This document shows positions 1 through 21,879 of a stretch of 52,678 bases of DNA, in pieces. This DNA comes from Vicugna vicugna (Eukaryota), in the NCBI GenBank assembly GCA_013265495.1, contig MU058717.1, positions 124,001-176,678 of the forward strand, in the 5' to 3' direction. The notes under the pieces were generated by a model. The model was not told the origin of the DNA. It saw nothing but the letters and a program-made list of their open reading frames with translations, and did not search any database. Position numbers and translations under genes: made by a program. Every line of letters starts with the position of its first letter. Positions within the stretch are counted from its first letter, which is position 1.

Positions 1-190
1 TTATCCTGTGTGCTGGGCACAGTGCTAAGTTATGTGAGCGATTACAAGGAAGAAATTGGAGGTGTACAGAGTTAAAGGTACCTCTCCAAGATCACATGGC
101 TAGTTAGTGACCCATTCTGGGCTGGAATTTAGATTCCTCTGACCCCAGAGCTGGGGTGTATTTTTTTTTTTTGGATTTGGGGGTGGCTGA

Positions 191-10103
<9,913 letters not shown>

Positions 10104-10489
10104 GGCTCACCCCGCCCACAGCTGGGCGGCTGTTTCTCCCTGGAGAGGGGCAGTGATGGTGACCCTGAAGGCTCTTGCTGCCCCTTGCTCTCCCCAGAGG
10201 TGGCTTTTGAACCAAACTGCCCCCTGGATGAGACTAGGGCCTAGAGTAGCTGGCAGCCAGATGTGGCGTTTGAATGGAAATTAATTTAAATTGAAAATGC
10301 ATTTCCTCCGCTGTACTAGCCCCATTTCAAGTGTTCAGTAACCGAAAGTGATTAGTGGCTTCTGTACTGGGCAGCGCGGAGAAATGTTTCCACTGTTGCG
10401 GAAGCTTCTGTGGGACAGCCCTGGCCTGGCTAGCAGGGTGTGCTGAAGACTTTGTCACTGGCTGGTAGATGGAGTTTACGGGTTGTGGA

Positions 10490-10495
10490 ATTAAA
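10490..10495 (+). terminator. Probable PIGT polyadenylation signal (ATTAAA)
   Basis: ATTAAA about 390 bp after the stop codon, followed by GT/T-rich sequence. Confidence 0.6.
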
Positions 10496-11479
10496 ACGTG
10501 TCTGCCCCGTTGGTTCTTGGCCTCCTGTCCTTGAGGCCTATGGAGAGCTGGGGACTCGGGCTTGCTTGCTCGGTGCCTGAACAGGACCTCCTAACCCATC
10601 CACCCCACTCCTGCAAAAGAACCCCAACCAACCAACCAAATAAAACCTCCCTACATCCTCCCACTCCTGCCAGAAATTCCTTCTCATCTGCTTCCCTCCT
10701 CCCCCGCCATCCTCATCTGACTGTGCTTCTCAGAACTCACTGGGCTTGGCCGGGAGTGTTTATGTCAGCATCTCCATGACAGTGAATCATCCTGTGTCTT
10801 TTAGGAGCCCTGAGAACCAGTCCCCTAGCACCAAGGGTGGGGCTGGAGAGACAGAAGAGTTCCCGGTGATGGTTGTCTAACCAGGCTGTGCATTGGAATC
10901 ATTTGGGGCTCTTGTGAAATAGTGTAGATTCCTGGAGTCCAGACCCTGTGAGTTCAGTTGGTCTGGGTGTTGCCTAGTCTTGCGTTTTTATCTGTCTCCT
11001 CGGGAGCTTGTGTGGTGGGTGGTCCAGGACCACCCACAGGCGTTGCCGGCTTTGGATGGGAGCCTGCCCCTGGGGCCCCTCTCCTGGTTATATGACCCCG
11101 GATTCCTGTAAAACAAGTCCTGAGGCAGATGTCTCCCCCACGTCATCTCTGTTGGCCTCTGACACATGTGGCATCAACTGTATGTTACTTGTGGTCCGTC
11201 CCTCCCTCCCTCCCTCCCCCAGTTCTCCCATCATAGTGGTTCGGTGGACTGTCCATCAAACAGAATGCCCTGTTCCACCAACCACACACCTGACTGCCAG
11301 GTTCACTCGGACTTATAAAACCAGAAGAGATGTTTTTTCCTCTAGGAAGTCTTCCCTGGTACACCAAGCTGCTGTGGGTGCCCCTCTCCTCCCTGGACTG
11401 AGCTTTCCTGTTTCTTACCAGCCTGGTTGTTACTGGAAAGCTCCTCTTGGAGCTTAACGATGAACAAACAAGTAAGACC

Positions 11480-11960
11480 CTCAGCACGATAGATGGTAGT
11501 TAGAGCTACAGAGGAAAACGAGACAGGCAAGTGGCGAGCTTGTAGCTGGAGTAGCAATTTAAAACTGGGGTGGCCAGGAAGACCTCATCGATAACTTGAT
11601 CGTGGAGGTGGTGGAATGGAGTTGGAGTCTGGATTTATTCTGAAGGTAGAGCAAACAGATTTGCTAATAGGACACAATGGGGAATGGGAGAAAAGGATTA
11701 AGGCTGAGCCCAAGGTTTCTGGCTGCGGAGCTGGGAAGACGAGAGTGGCCGTTAGCAGAGATGAGTGACTGGTTGAGCGTGTTAGGGGTCGGGGCGGAGA
11801 TTATCCCAAGCTTGGTTTGGAGATGCTGAATTTGAGATGCCTTTAGACATCTAAGTGGAGATGGCAAGTAGGCAGCTGGGTAATGAACCTGGAGTTCAGG
11901 GAGGAGGTCTAGACCAGAGAGCTACAGGATGTTGTCTGTGCGTAGATCACACAGGACACG
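11480..11960 (+). mobile_element. Ancient L2-like fragment
   Basis: 'ggagttggagtctggatttattctgaaggtagag...tttgagatgcctttagacatctaagtggagatg' resembles L2. Confidence 0.55.
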
Positions 11961-12727
11961 GTAGTGAAGGGCATTTCTAGGTACTCACTTGGCTGGGGCG
12001 TGAAAGACAGCCAGGCCACCACTTCGAGCTCTTCTGATTTGGCAGACACCCCATTCTACGCAGGCTGCCAAGATGACCTCACTTCAGATAATCCACCCAC
12101 CTACGTTCTTATCTCACTTACCCCCTGCTTATTTACCGCTTGGAGGTAAACTCAAGTAAAAGCATTTTGACCCAATTGCTTTTGCCCACTGTCTAGGTGT
12201 GGACTAGCTCACCCACACCACCTCCCTTCCTGCAGACGCACACACATCACTTGTATGTTCCAGGGGCTCTTGGAGAACCTTCAGAGGTAACCTGCGCAGT
12301 CCCACCCATGTAGGCTGTACAGACAGGACCAGGACTGCTGTGTTAAACACCCTGCACCCACTGGTGGGGTTTCTAGAGAGCCCCTCGCCCTCGCCATCTC
12401 CACCTCCAGACCCTAGATCCCAAGCCGGAATAGCCCACACCCATTCATACATTTACTTTTGCTGACTGAGCACTTACAACTTGTCCGGAGCCAGTCAGGT
12501 CCAAATGGAGGACGGCCCCTGTGTCTCCGGGAAGCTCCAAGTCTAATGGAAGTTAAGCTTCGTAAGGGCCCAGATTTTTGCCTTTTGGAGCTGAGGCATC
12601 TGGAACTGTGCTTGGCGTGTCATTAAGGCTGCCCTCACTCAATCTTTCAGCTCGACCTCTGGGTAATAGTTGAGAACTTGAAAGGGAGTGGGGTATAAAG
12701 GGAAAAACATGCCCTTTCTCTCAAATA

Positions 12728-12750
12728 TGTGTGTGTGTGTGTGTGTGTGT
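12728..12750. repeat. (TG)n microsatellite
   Basis: About 11 TG units read directly. Confidence 0.9.
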
Positions 12751-13289
12751 AAGTACACACACATATATTCATGTCTAATTCATGCACTTAATGCCACCAA
12801 ATTGTACACTTTGAAATGGCTAAAATGGGAAATTTCAGGTTGTATATATTATTACCACAATTAAAAAAGCATAAAATTCTCATTTTTCCAGTATCCCTCT
12901 GGGAGGAGAGGGGAGTGCCACCCTGGCTGACCAAGAGTCCCTGAATTTCCACCCATCTCCACACTCCTCCAGGACATGGCCCCTGCTGGACAGGAAGAAC
13001 CTTCCAGCTCATCCTGGAGCCCCGAGCAGGAGAGAACAGCAGGCCAAGGTCTGGGGACAGACATGCAAGGTCCCCAAATTTCCATTCAGCCTGGCTTCCA
13101 TGAGGACCCCCTGGTGATAGAGGACCTTGTGTCCTTTGTCCTTTATTTTGGGGACACAGGACAGTGAGGGCTTGAAGGAGGTAGGGGTAGGGTAACACTG
13201 GTTTGATTGCCCTGGTGGCCGTGAGCAATTTTGGGGGACAGGCCCAGGGCCCCTGTAGGAAGGCTTCAGGCCATGTCAACTTTGAATGC

Positions 13290-13295
13290 TTTATT
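13290..13295 (-). terminator. CTI polyadenylation signal AATAAA
   Basis: tttatt on the + strand, downstream of exon 3. Confidence 0.65.
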
Positions 13296-13407
13296 GACCC
13301 AGTCCTGGAGGGTCCCAGGATGGGCTCAGAAGGGGGTTGTCTCGTAGGAGTGGCAGCTTTCCATCAAGGCCTGGGACTGTGCGCTGTCATCTTCAGCTGC
13401 TGTTCAC

Positions 13408-13415
13408 TCAGGTCT
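13408..13415 (-). CDS. CTI: CTI exon 3 (coding part)
   Basis: ttttctctgtcacag|AGACCTGA; AATAAA about 115 bp downstream. Confidence 0.7.
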
Positions 13416-15802
13416 CTGTGACAGAGAAAATAGTCAGATCCCTTCTTGGCTGGCCGCTTGGTGGCCTAGAGCCAGAGCCATCAAGCCGGGCTCCTTACCC
13501 AACCCCTCCAACATCCGCCACCCCGAGGGCTTCCTCATTTCCACCACCTCCCACGGTGACCGCTGCTACAGTCACATTCATCTTCTCTGTTGACATGATC
13601 ACCCTCATGAAGGATGCTTTGCCGTCTTCACCTTTGCCAGCCCCACCACATATTTTAAAAGGGCTTACTCCAATAAGCAATGTTCCTTTCATCTTTACTA
13701 TCCACACCACCACCAACCACAGCCCAGCTCTCCACGCCTCCAGCGCCCTCGTTACCGCCACCATCACCACCACCCCTCTCATTCCCGTTATCTCAGCATC
13801 ACCAACTCCTGTATTAACATCACCCTCGGCTTCACTACCACCATCCTCACCATCACCCTCTCCCCTCACACGTCCATCATCCTGTCATCTCCATTACTCT
13901 TCCTGTTTCTATCAGAGGACTCACCCGGGGGTGTGCAGACCCTCAGACAGATCTCCATGGTCTCGAAATTGTTGGCATTGCCCTGACAGCCACCATAGAT
14001 GAAGCACTCACACTCCCTGGACGTCGAGTTGTAGGAGTACCTGCGCAGGAAGGCTTTGCAGGGGCCCCTCTCTGGGGGGAGCTGGCACAGGGCAGGGAGA
14101 GTCTGGGACGACTCCTGCGAAGCCTCTTGCCTGAGACTAGCTGCAAGGGTAAGGAGCATCGGTCACTTATGCGTCCTTTGTACAAACCAGTATCTCTTTT
14201 CTGACCACCTCTTCTACACCAAGCCCCCTCCTCCGTGTTTGCTATATGTGGCATTATTTAAACAACCTAACGGGAGGGTATTGCTGTCCTCATTCACAAA
14301 TGAAAAAAACAGGCTCAGCTTTGGTAATTTTCCAAAAATCCTGAAACCTATTATATGTTAAAGCCTGGGATTTAAACCCAGATCCAATTTCAAATCCAAA
14401 GCTCTGTATTCTACAGCCTTTCATCACTTGATATCAAGATGTTAGTTGTACTTTGTTTATAATTGCAGAACATTATAATTTGGAAAAAAACATAAACATT
14501 CACCTACAGGGGATTGACTGGCTGTTACGCAGTCACTACAAATCACAGAGCTGATCTACAAGCATCAACATGGAGAGAAGCCCATACTTTTGTCAAATAA
14601 AAAAATCAGATTACAAAGTAGGAGCTCTAGTGTGGCCCCGGGGATGTAAAATATACATATAAATCCCCAGAGTGATGACATGAAGGTTGTTCCTCAATAT
14701 ATTTAGAGCAGTTCTCTCTGGGTAGTGGAATTTCAAGCAATGTTTATTTCCTAAAAATTCTTTTGCACATCATTTGAATGCCAATGACCAAGTGCCATTT
14801 TGCATAACTAGGAACAAGATATTTACATGAAATAGTTTATAGTATCCATGAGTAATCAGCAGATAAAGAAACTGGCCTCTTCTATGCGCACACACACACA
14901 TACATCTCAACTATTAGCCTTGGACACTCAGGACCTCAGCGTATCTATTCACGGGCTGCAACAAACACCACTTTGATAATTACACTTCCCCTAAGAAGGA
15001 CAGCATCCCTCAGACAAATGAGCACATGGGGCAACTCAGCTCTGTGGTACCATTTTGTGAACCCTCAATGTATATGACCCTGGCCACGCTGAATATACTT
15101 GGGAGAAGCTTAACCTAGAATAGAGAAGAGGCCATTCTCGGAAGGAACTTCAAAGTCGTCTATTAGGGCAGCATTTCTCCATCTTGGTTAGAATATTAGA
15201 ACCTCTTGGGGGAACTATTGAAAAAACCATCCCAGACATCCTCCCAGACCAATTAAATCAGGATTTCTGAGTGTGGGAACCAGAGAGTCCTCAGGGGACT
15301 CCAGTGTGCAGCTAAACTTGAGAAATATGGCCTCATTTTGAAAGCGGTATGAACATTTCTTTCCTTGCTTAGGCATTCGAGGGAGTAGGATGCTGGAGAG
15401 TAAGACTGTGGAAACTGTGTAAAGTAGGGGACCCACTTTTCCACTTCACACATTTGCAGACTATCTTTTTAAGACAAAAGTGTATTGCTTTTTAATAAAA
15501 ATTAAAATTTGGTGGAGATGTCAAATAGACACCTGGGAGGTCAGGCCCCAGATTTTCCCGAGACCAGATGGTGACCACAGGAGAGGCCCCTCCCAGAGCT
15601 GGGCCCTGGTCTCCCCCCGAGGTCGAAGTTACCAGATGGCCCGTAGGATCCAGCCCCCTCTCCCAACCACCCCACAGGCTGCAGGTTACAGGTCTCAGGG
15701 CTCCTTTCCCCAACCCCTCAGCTCACCTGAGGCCTTTCCTGAGCTGGCCGTGCCCAGCAGGCAGAGGGTGAGGCAAAGGGCAAGGAGGTGGCCGAACCTC
15801 AT
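13408..15802 (-). CDS. CTI: Colostrum trypsin inhibitor (CTI/ELP-type single Kunitz domain), 3 exons, 99 aa
   Basis: Exons 15802-15727, 14140-13925 and 13415-13408 splice to [99 protein letters not shown]. It has a signal peptide, a Kunitz fold, P1 Lys and an NST sequon, and resembles bovine CTI as I recall it. It lies antisense immediately 3' of PIGT, the known CTI/ELP position. Confidence 0.88.
13925..14140 (-). CDS. CTI: CTI exon 2 (Kunitz domain)
   Basis: ttgcag|CTAGT...CCGG|gtgagt, 216 bp, phase 1-1; [12 protein letters not shown]...[13 protein letters not shown]...C...C. Confidence 0.92.
15727..15802 (-). CDS. CTI: CTI exon 1 (signal peptide)
   Basis: ACCATG Kozak context; [25 protein letters not shown]; phase-1 donor G|gtgagc. 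Confidence 0.88.
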
Positions 15803-15848
15803 GGTGTGAGAAGCTGCGTGTTCTGGGCTGAGGCTGGGAGGCTGGAAC

Positions 15849-15854
15849 TTATAC
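15849..15854 (-). promoter_or_regulatory. TATA-like box of CTI
   Basis: TATAAG on the minus strand about 47 bp upstream of the ATG. Confidence 0.55.
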
Positions 15855-16425
15855 CAGCAGCTGAAGGACAAGGGGCCCTCTTCCCCCAGGGCTGAGGGAA
15901 GTATCTCACTCCTCATTACTTGGAATAGGAAGCACCCTGGGCCAGGAATGTGGGCCCCGGAGGGCGTGGCCTTCTGACCTGGAGGCAGTGCCACCGGCCT
16001 TGGAGGGGGTCTTGCTGGCTATTGAGCAAGTCCCCTAAGACGGTGCTCCTGCCACATCTGGGATGCAGTTCCCAGCCTCATCTCCTGCAGACTTGAGTCC
16101 CTGTGACCTTGAACTGGTCAGTGACCTTGTGGGGCCTCCGTTTCCCTGTCTGTAAAACAAGTGGGCTGGACAACGTGGTCCCTTGGGGGCCAGCACGGCT
16201 GTTCCCCACTTCTGTTATTATTGGTTCCCATCCAGAGCCTCCCAGCTACTCGCCTCAACATCCCGGGAGAGAGAACACAGCTCTTTGTTCATCAGCTTAT
16301 TTATTTAATTTTGGAATAACGGGTTTATTGCTTCATATAAATCATCATACTTAGTTTTAAAAGTTTAAGCTACACTGAAGAGTCTAAACAAAAGGCAAAA
16401 ATCACACCCCCCGCGAATTCTACCA

Positions 16426-16888
16426 TAGTGTTGTGCAACAGAAACATAATGCAAGCCCCAAATAGAATTTGCACTTTCCTAGTAGCTGCGTTTTAAAAAG
16501 AAAAAGGAGGCAAAATTAGTTTTCATAATAGTTTAACTCAATATATCCAAAATATTAGAATTTCAACATCAAATCAACATGTAATAAAAAAGATTAATGC
16601 AATATTTAACTTTTCTTCATACAAAGTCTTTGAAATCTGAGTGTATTTTGCACTTATGGTACCTCCCAACCCAGACTAGCCACGTTTCCTGTGCTCAGTA
16701 GTCACATATTGGGGGGAGGGTGTAGCTCAGTGGCAGAGTATGTGCTTAGCACGCACGTGGTCCTGGGTTCAATCCCCCATAACTCATTTAAGTAAATAAA
16801 TAAATACCTAATTACCTATCCCCCATCTCCAAAAAAATTAAAAAACAAAAAAGCTACATGTGGCTAGTGGCTACCATATTGGATGGTG
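16426..16888 (+). mobile_element. MER33-like hAT DNA transposon relic interrupted by a SINE
   Basis: 'gtgttgtgcaacagaaacataatgcaagcc...ctagccacgtttcctgtgctcagtag...catgtggctagtggctaccatattgga' follows the MER33/MER3 pattern. Confidence 0.7.
16711..16851 (+). mobile_element. tRNA-derived SINE, camelid Vic-1 type
   Basis: GGGGAGGGTGTAGCTCAGTGG (A box)...GGGTTCAATCCCC (B box)...AAATAAATAAATACCTAATTACC, then an A-rich tail. Confidence 0.85.
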
Positions 16889-18331
16889 AATTTCCACCAC
16901 ATGAAGTAAATATCTTTACTTCAGGTTATCCTCATAAGCCTTTTGTTAGGTAGAGTAACAAAAATAATTCTACAAAAACAAAGGGTTCACAGGCACTATT
17001 TCCTCTGAATCTTTTCATATTGTATTACTACTTGAAGGACAATTTGATGGGATAAAAAAATCTTAGATCAGATTTTCTTTTCCCAGAACAATTGTGGACC
17101 CGCTCCACTGAATTCTGCCATGGAGTACCCCCCTAGAGTGACCTGAATGTTTTTCATTAGGAGTGACTTTTTTCCTACCTGAATGCCTAAAGACCTCTTT
17201 GCTTATCCTTGAGATAATTTATATTTCGATATCATTCTGCATCACTGTTTGTACTGGAGCATGGAGTGCTTTTCCAATCTATCAGATCTTTTTAGGGAAA
17301 TTTTCTTGTGTTACATCTTGAAATGCATTTTCTTTTCCAATTGTTGAGTTTTCTATATGAGACAGCAATTATCGTAGATTATTTTCACTTGCTCATCAGG
17401 AGTTGTTAGACTCACAACGAAGGAATTTAAATTCTAGCTTCGCCATTCACTATCTGTGCGACCTCAGACAAATTATTTAGCTTCCATGGATATAGTTTCT
17501 CTTTGGAGAGAACAATGGGAACTACTGGTGTTTGGAGTCCCCAAGTCCATGCTCAGATTTAATTCGTAAAACGACTCACAGGACTCAGAAGTTGATACAC
17601 TTATGTTAATAGCAAATGGATACAGAGTAAAATCAAAAAGGGGAAAAATGCATGGAGTGAAGACAGGAACACAGGCCCAGGTGTTGCCAGCACATGGAAA
17701 TTGAATCATCACGTCATCCCTGTGGGGATGGGAAGGGACTCGTTTATTTTAGCAAACGAAGTCTGGTCGTATGCTACCAGCCTGTGATCATTTCAGAGAA
17801 GTAAGGTGAAGGCAGAGAATTAGGAAGAGGGCAGGTTAATGGGAAAGAATTCAGGGTTTTCTGAGATTCGCTTCTTCCTGGACTTGGCTCCTCTGCCACT
17901 TCCCCAAGGTGCGTGGGAAAAGCAGCTTTTCTCTTTGCCTGCTCCTCCGCCCCAGTGAGGCATCCTCCAGGCTCGCTGTCAAAGTGTGGTTCTGGGGACC
18001 ATCTTACAGGAGTGGAAACTGGGGCTGGGGATGCAGCTGTAACAGGGGGTCTATAAAAATGTAGATTCTCAGGCTTCACCCAGACCTGGGGAGTCAGAAT
18101 ATGTATTTATTCCCACAAGATCCACAGGCTGACGGAAGTTTGAGAAGTGCCATTACTGCGCATTTGGCCCCGGCAGCAGAAGCAGGAAGCCTGGTTAGGT
18201 GGGGAGTTAAGCAATAAATAGGACTGACCCCGGCTCCTCCCTTCCCTCCTCATCGCCTGTTCCCACCCCTCAGCCTGGATGTGAAAAGCTCTGTCAGCCC
18301 CCGCGCTGCTCAGAAGCCCTCCCGCAAGGCC

Positions 18332-18431
18332 ATGAAGATGAGCCGCCTCTGCCTCCCAGCAGCCCTCCTGGTCCTCCTGGGCACCCTGGTGCTCAGCGCC
18401 CAGCGGGGTGGAAGCCGCTCCCCTGCCCAAG
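18332..18431 (+). pseudogene. Orphan PTI/BPTI-type exon 1 (signal and pro peptide), no downstream Kunitz exon found
   Basis: [33 protein letters not shown] with G|gtaagt donor. I found no + strand Kunitz exon before its intron runs into an inverted WFDC2 fragment near 22560. Confidence 0.7.
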
Positions 18432-18689
18432 GTAAGTCCCCGCTCCTGTCTCCTCTACAGGCTGGCGGGGAAGGAGGGCGAGTCCAGGGAAGGGGCTGGG
18501 AGCTGGGGTGGGGGACTGCCAAGCCTCTCTGGGTTTCTTCTGGGCAGTTGGGCAGTTTTAACTGCAGAGACATTTCATGACATTTCATCCTTAAAACAGA
18601 TTATGCCACCTAACTCTACCAGATCAGGGACCTCATCTCTGAGACTCTCTGCTCCTGGTCTCTGCCTTGTCCTTGAACCTCACTGTAGT

Positions 18690-19300
18690 GTAATAGGAAG
18701 GTCAGTATTTGATCCTTGTTCTGGTTCCTGGTCCAGACCACTTGAAACCCTTGGAATTTACTGTCTTTTCTATGGTAATGAGGTGGCTCTGTAAGAAGTC
18801 AGTAGACAGCTTCAGGATGACACTGGTCTCCCGAAAAACCAATCAGGTGATTCTAGGGTTTGAACTTTCAACAACGACCCCCCTCCCCCCTCCGCCACAC
18901 ACCCCTGCAGGGAGAGGGGCAGGTGATGAGACTGAGTTCAATCACTCTGCTGACCTACTGAAACCTCAATATAACCCCTAAACACTGGGGTTTCGGAGAG
19001 CTTTTTGGGTGGTGAGCACATCGAGGTGCTGAGGGGGTGTCTTGAGAAAGCAGAGAACTCTGACTGAGTTTTGTCTTATATAATAAATGGGAACAGTATT
19101 TACTTACTTTACTATGCTTTCCTGAGTTCTGTGAGTTGTTTTAGTGAACTATTGAGTGTGGGAGGTGGGGTATGGAACCCCTGAATTCACAGCAAGTTGG
19201 TCAAAATGTCGGTGACCCTGGGGACTTCTGACGGGAGTTTGAGATGAGGGCAGCCCTGGGGGGCCTGAGCCCTCAGACTGTGCGGTCTGCGCTCACTCTT
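18690..19300 (+). mobile_element. MER21-like LTR in intron 1 of the PTI-type copy
   Basis: LTR-type sequence ('cttgaaacccttggaatt...gagactgagttcaatcac...ctgagttctgtgag'); related sequence sits at the same intronic position in the other copies (28790-29410 minus, 52090-52678 plus). Confidence 0.55.
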
Positions 19301-20759
19301 CCTCCCCTGCCCGTGGACACTCATGTGGCTCCTTCCCTCCCTCCACTCGGAATTACCTGCCTTCCCTGGCTGCTCCGTGCCCTGGACCCTCCGTGATTGT
19401 CTACCGAGTGGTGACCACTGTCTGAAATGTATCTTGCTCGTCGTCATTGACTGTGTATCCCCCCAGCTCCAATGTCAGGTCCAAGAGAGCGGGGAGCTGT
19501 GCGATGGTCACTGCTGTGACCCAGAGCCTAGGACAGTGCCTGGCACACACCGTGGGCACTCAAATATGCCATGGCTACAGAGTCCTTCCTGGGTGCAGGC
19601 ACTATTCCCAAATCTTTATCTTTCCATGGAGTCACCCTCTCGGGCCTCACTAGCGTCCAAAGATGGAGGTGCTGTTATTAGCACTGCCTCATGCAGAGGA
19701 GTCAGGGCACGACAGAAGTGAAGTGACTTGGCCACACACTGTAGTAAGTTGGCAGTTGTAAAATTGGAAGCCATGGAGTCTGGTCTGAACTTTCCATCAT
19801 CACATGTTCTGTCCCTAATCAACGTTTGCTGAACGAGTGACTGGATGACTCAGTGTAGACTCAGCATGTTCACCTGCATGTTCTACAGGCACCGTTGACT
19901 CAACTTTGACCAAACTGAATGCATCCCGCGTCCTGCAGGTGTGTCTCTCCTCCCTTCTCCCAGAAAGCTGACCACGTCCTTGCTTCTTCCTTCTCCTCAC
20001 CCCACTGAGCAATCTCTTAGCAAAGCCTGTTGGCTGTCCCTCCTCACTGTCTCCCCTGCAGCCACTGCTGTCTGCTGAGTCCATTTCCCCTGGACAATCG
20101 TCATGACCCCACTGTCTCGTCCCGCCTCTCCTTTCCATCCTCCACCAGGTTCTCCTAAGGTGTGCAGGTCCTTCCTCTGGCCTCAGATGAAGCCCCAAAC
20201 TCTGAGCTTGTCTCACAAGGCTCCTCAGGTCTGGTGCCTGCTTGTTCACCCAGGACCATCTTGTCCCTTCTGCCCTCTCGTTCTCACACACCTTCTCCTC
20301 TTGTCTTCCTCTCCCATCTTGTGCTTTGCTTTTCCATCTACTGAGGACACTCTCCCCACCTTGCTCTCAGTGACTCCTGCTCGCCCCTCAGTTTTCACTT
20401 CCTAGGGGCACCCCTCCATCCCGACTCCCACCACCCCCACACTTGTCCAGGTCCTCTGACAACTCTCCCATCGCACTCTTTGCACTAACAGATAGCACTT
20501 TTCTCATTAATCATTTATTTCGTGTCTCACAGAATTTTCTGCTAGGAAATGCACTACAGGAGAGCAGAGATCGTATCTGTCCTGAATATTTCAGATTCTC
20601 AGTAAATATACTGGTTGTTCACATTATCTGATGACTTATAAATTCACTTTCTACACACACATACAAAGTCTTAAAATGCAGGTACCACAGTTCAATTTTC
20701 CTGATTTCACAAGGGAGGGGCTGTGTGCAGGATCAGGGAGAGCACGCACTTCCTTCTTC

Positions 20760-20775
20760 TGCCACCAGGGGGCAG
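20760..20775 (+). promoter_or_regulatory. CTCF consensus motif
   Basis: TGCCACCAGGGGGCAG, a near-perfect match to the CTCF core CCACCAGGGGGC. Confidence 0.55.
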
Positions 20776-21120
20776 GCAGTGCCTTCCTTAAAGATTCCTG
20801 ATGGCTAAGGAACAGGTGACTGATTCCAGAGACCCAGCAGAAACCCCCACCTCCCCAGGCCGACTTTAGAGAGACCAGAAGGTCAAATTAGGGGCAGGGT
20901 AGTATGGGCAACGGACTGGCCCTGGGTGAGACCTATCACGCAAGCAAGAGGGCTTTAGCTTAACACGGGGGAAGAAAGGGACCTAGTGGGACGAACAGAC
21001 TTTAACCCTCCCTGGGTTCTGCAGCAACTTCCTGAGGACAGACTTCTAGAAGGTGACCCCACACGATATACTGTTTGTTCCTTTCTCTACTGGAATAAAC
21101 AACACATTTGAAAAGCAGTC

Positions 21121-21435
21121 GAATAGAAAACAAACTTATGGTTACCGGAGGGGGGCAGAATGGAGGTGGAAGGGATAAATTGGGAGTTCGAGATCTGCAG
21201 ATACTAACTACTATATACAAAACAGATAAACAACAAGTTTCTACTTTATAGCACAGGGAGCAATAGTCAATATCTTGTCATAAGCTATAATGAAAAACAA
21301 TATGAAAACGAATGTATGTATGTATGTGTATGACTGAAACATGCTGTCCACCAGAAACTGACACAACATTGTAAACTGACTATATTAAAAAAAAAAGAAT
21401 AGATGGTCAAAAGTCAATAAAAATAAAACTGATCA
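21121..21435 (+). mobile_element. 5'-truncated L1 3' end with 12-bp target-site duplication
   Basis: 'aaacaaacttatggttacc...gggataaattgggagttcgagat...' with poly(A); TGAAAAGCAGTC at 21109-21120 and 21436-21447. Confidence 0.85.
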
Positions 21436-21879
21436 TGAAAAGCAGTCAAGATACAAGAAAACTAAAAATATATGTGTTTTTAGACAATTTGCTGTGGTCT
21501 GGGTGTTCAAAGCATTTTAGCACCATTATCAGTGTAGTCCTCGATAATATCCAGGTTCATGGATTTCTTAAGGCAGAAACTGTCACCCTATTTTACCAAG
21601 AAGGACAGAGACTGTGATCCAGAGAGGTGAAGAAATTTATCCAAGATCACACAGCAACATCCAGAATTACTGAAGCCAAACTCTTCTAATTAACACCAAG
21701 TCCTTTTCCATTACACTGTAATAAATTAACAATTAATACTAATAATTAAAATATATTTATTAATATATTATGATTACCATTATCAAAACTGCCATGCATT
21801 GAGGGGTTACTGTGCCAACACTTACACAAAGCATTTTACTAATAGCATATCATTTTAATTCTCACCATAATTCTATGAG

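Noticed and set aside
13337..14002. 221-aa Ser/Thr/Pro-rich ORF resembling a mucin
   Set aside because: Antisense to CTI intron 2; produced by CAC/CAT low-complexity sequence, with no ATG start and no splice support.
16711..16785. tRNA-like sequence with A and B boxes
   Set aside because: It is the head of a SINE with an AT-rich tail, not a tRNA gene; the same applies at 44177.
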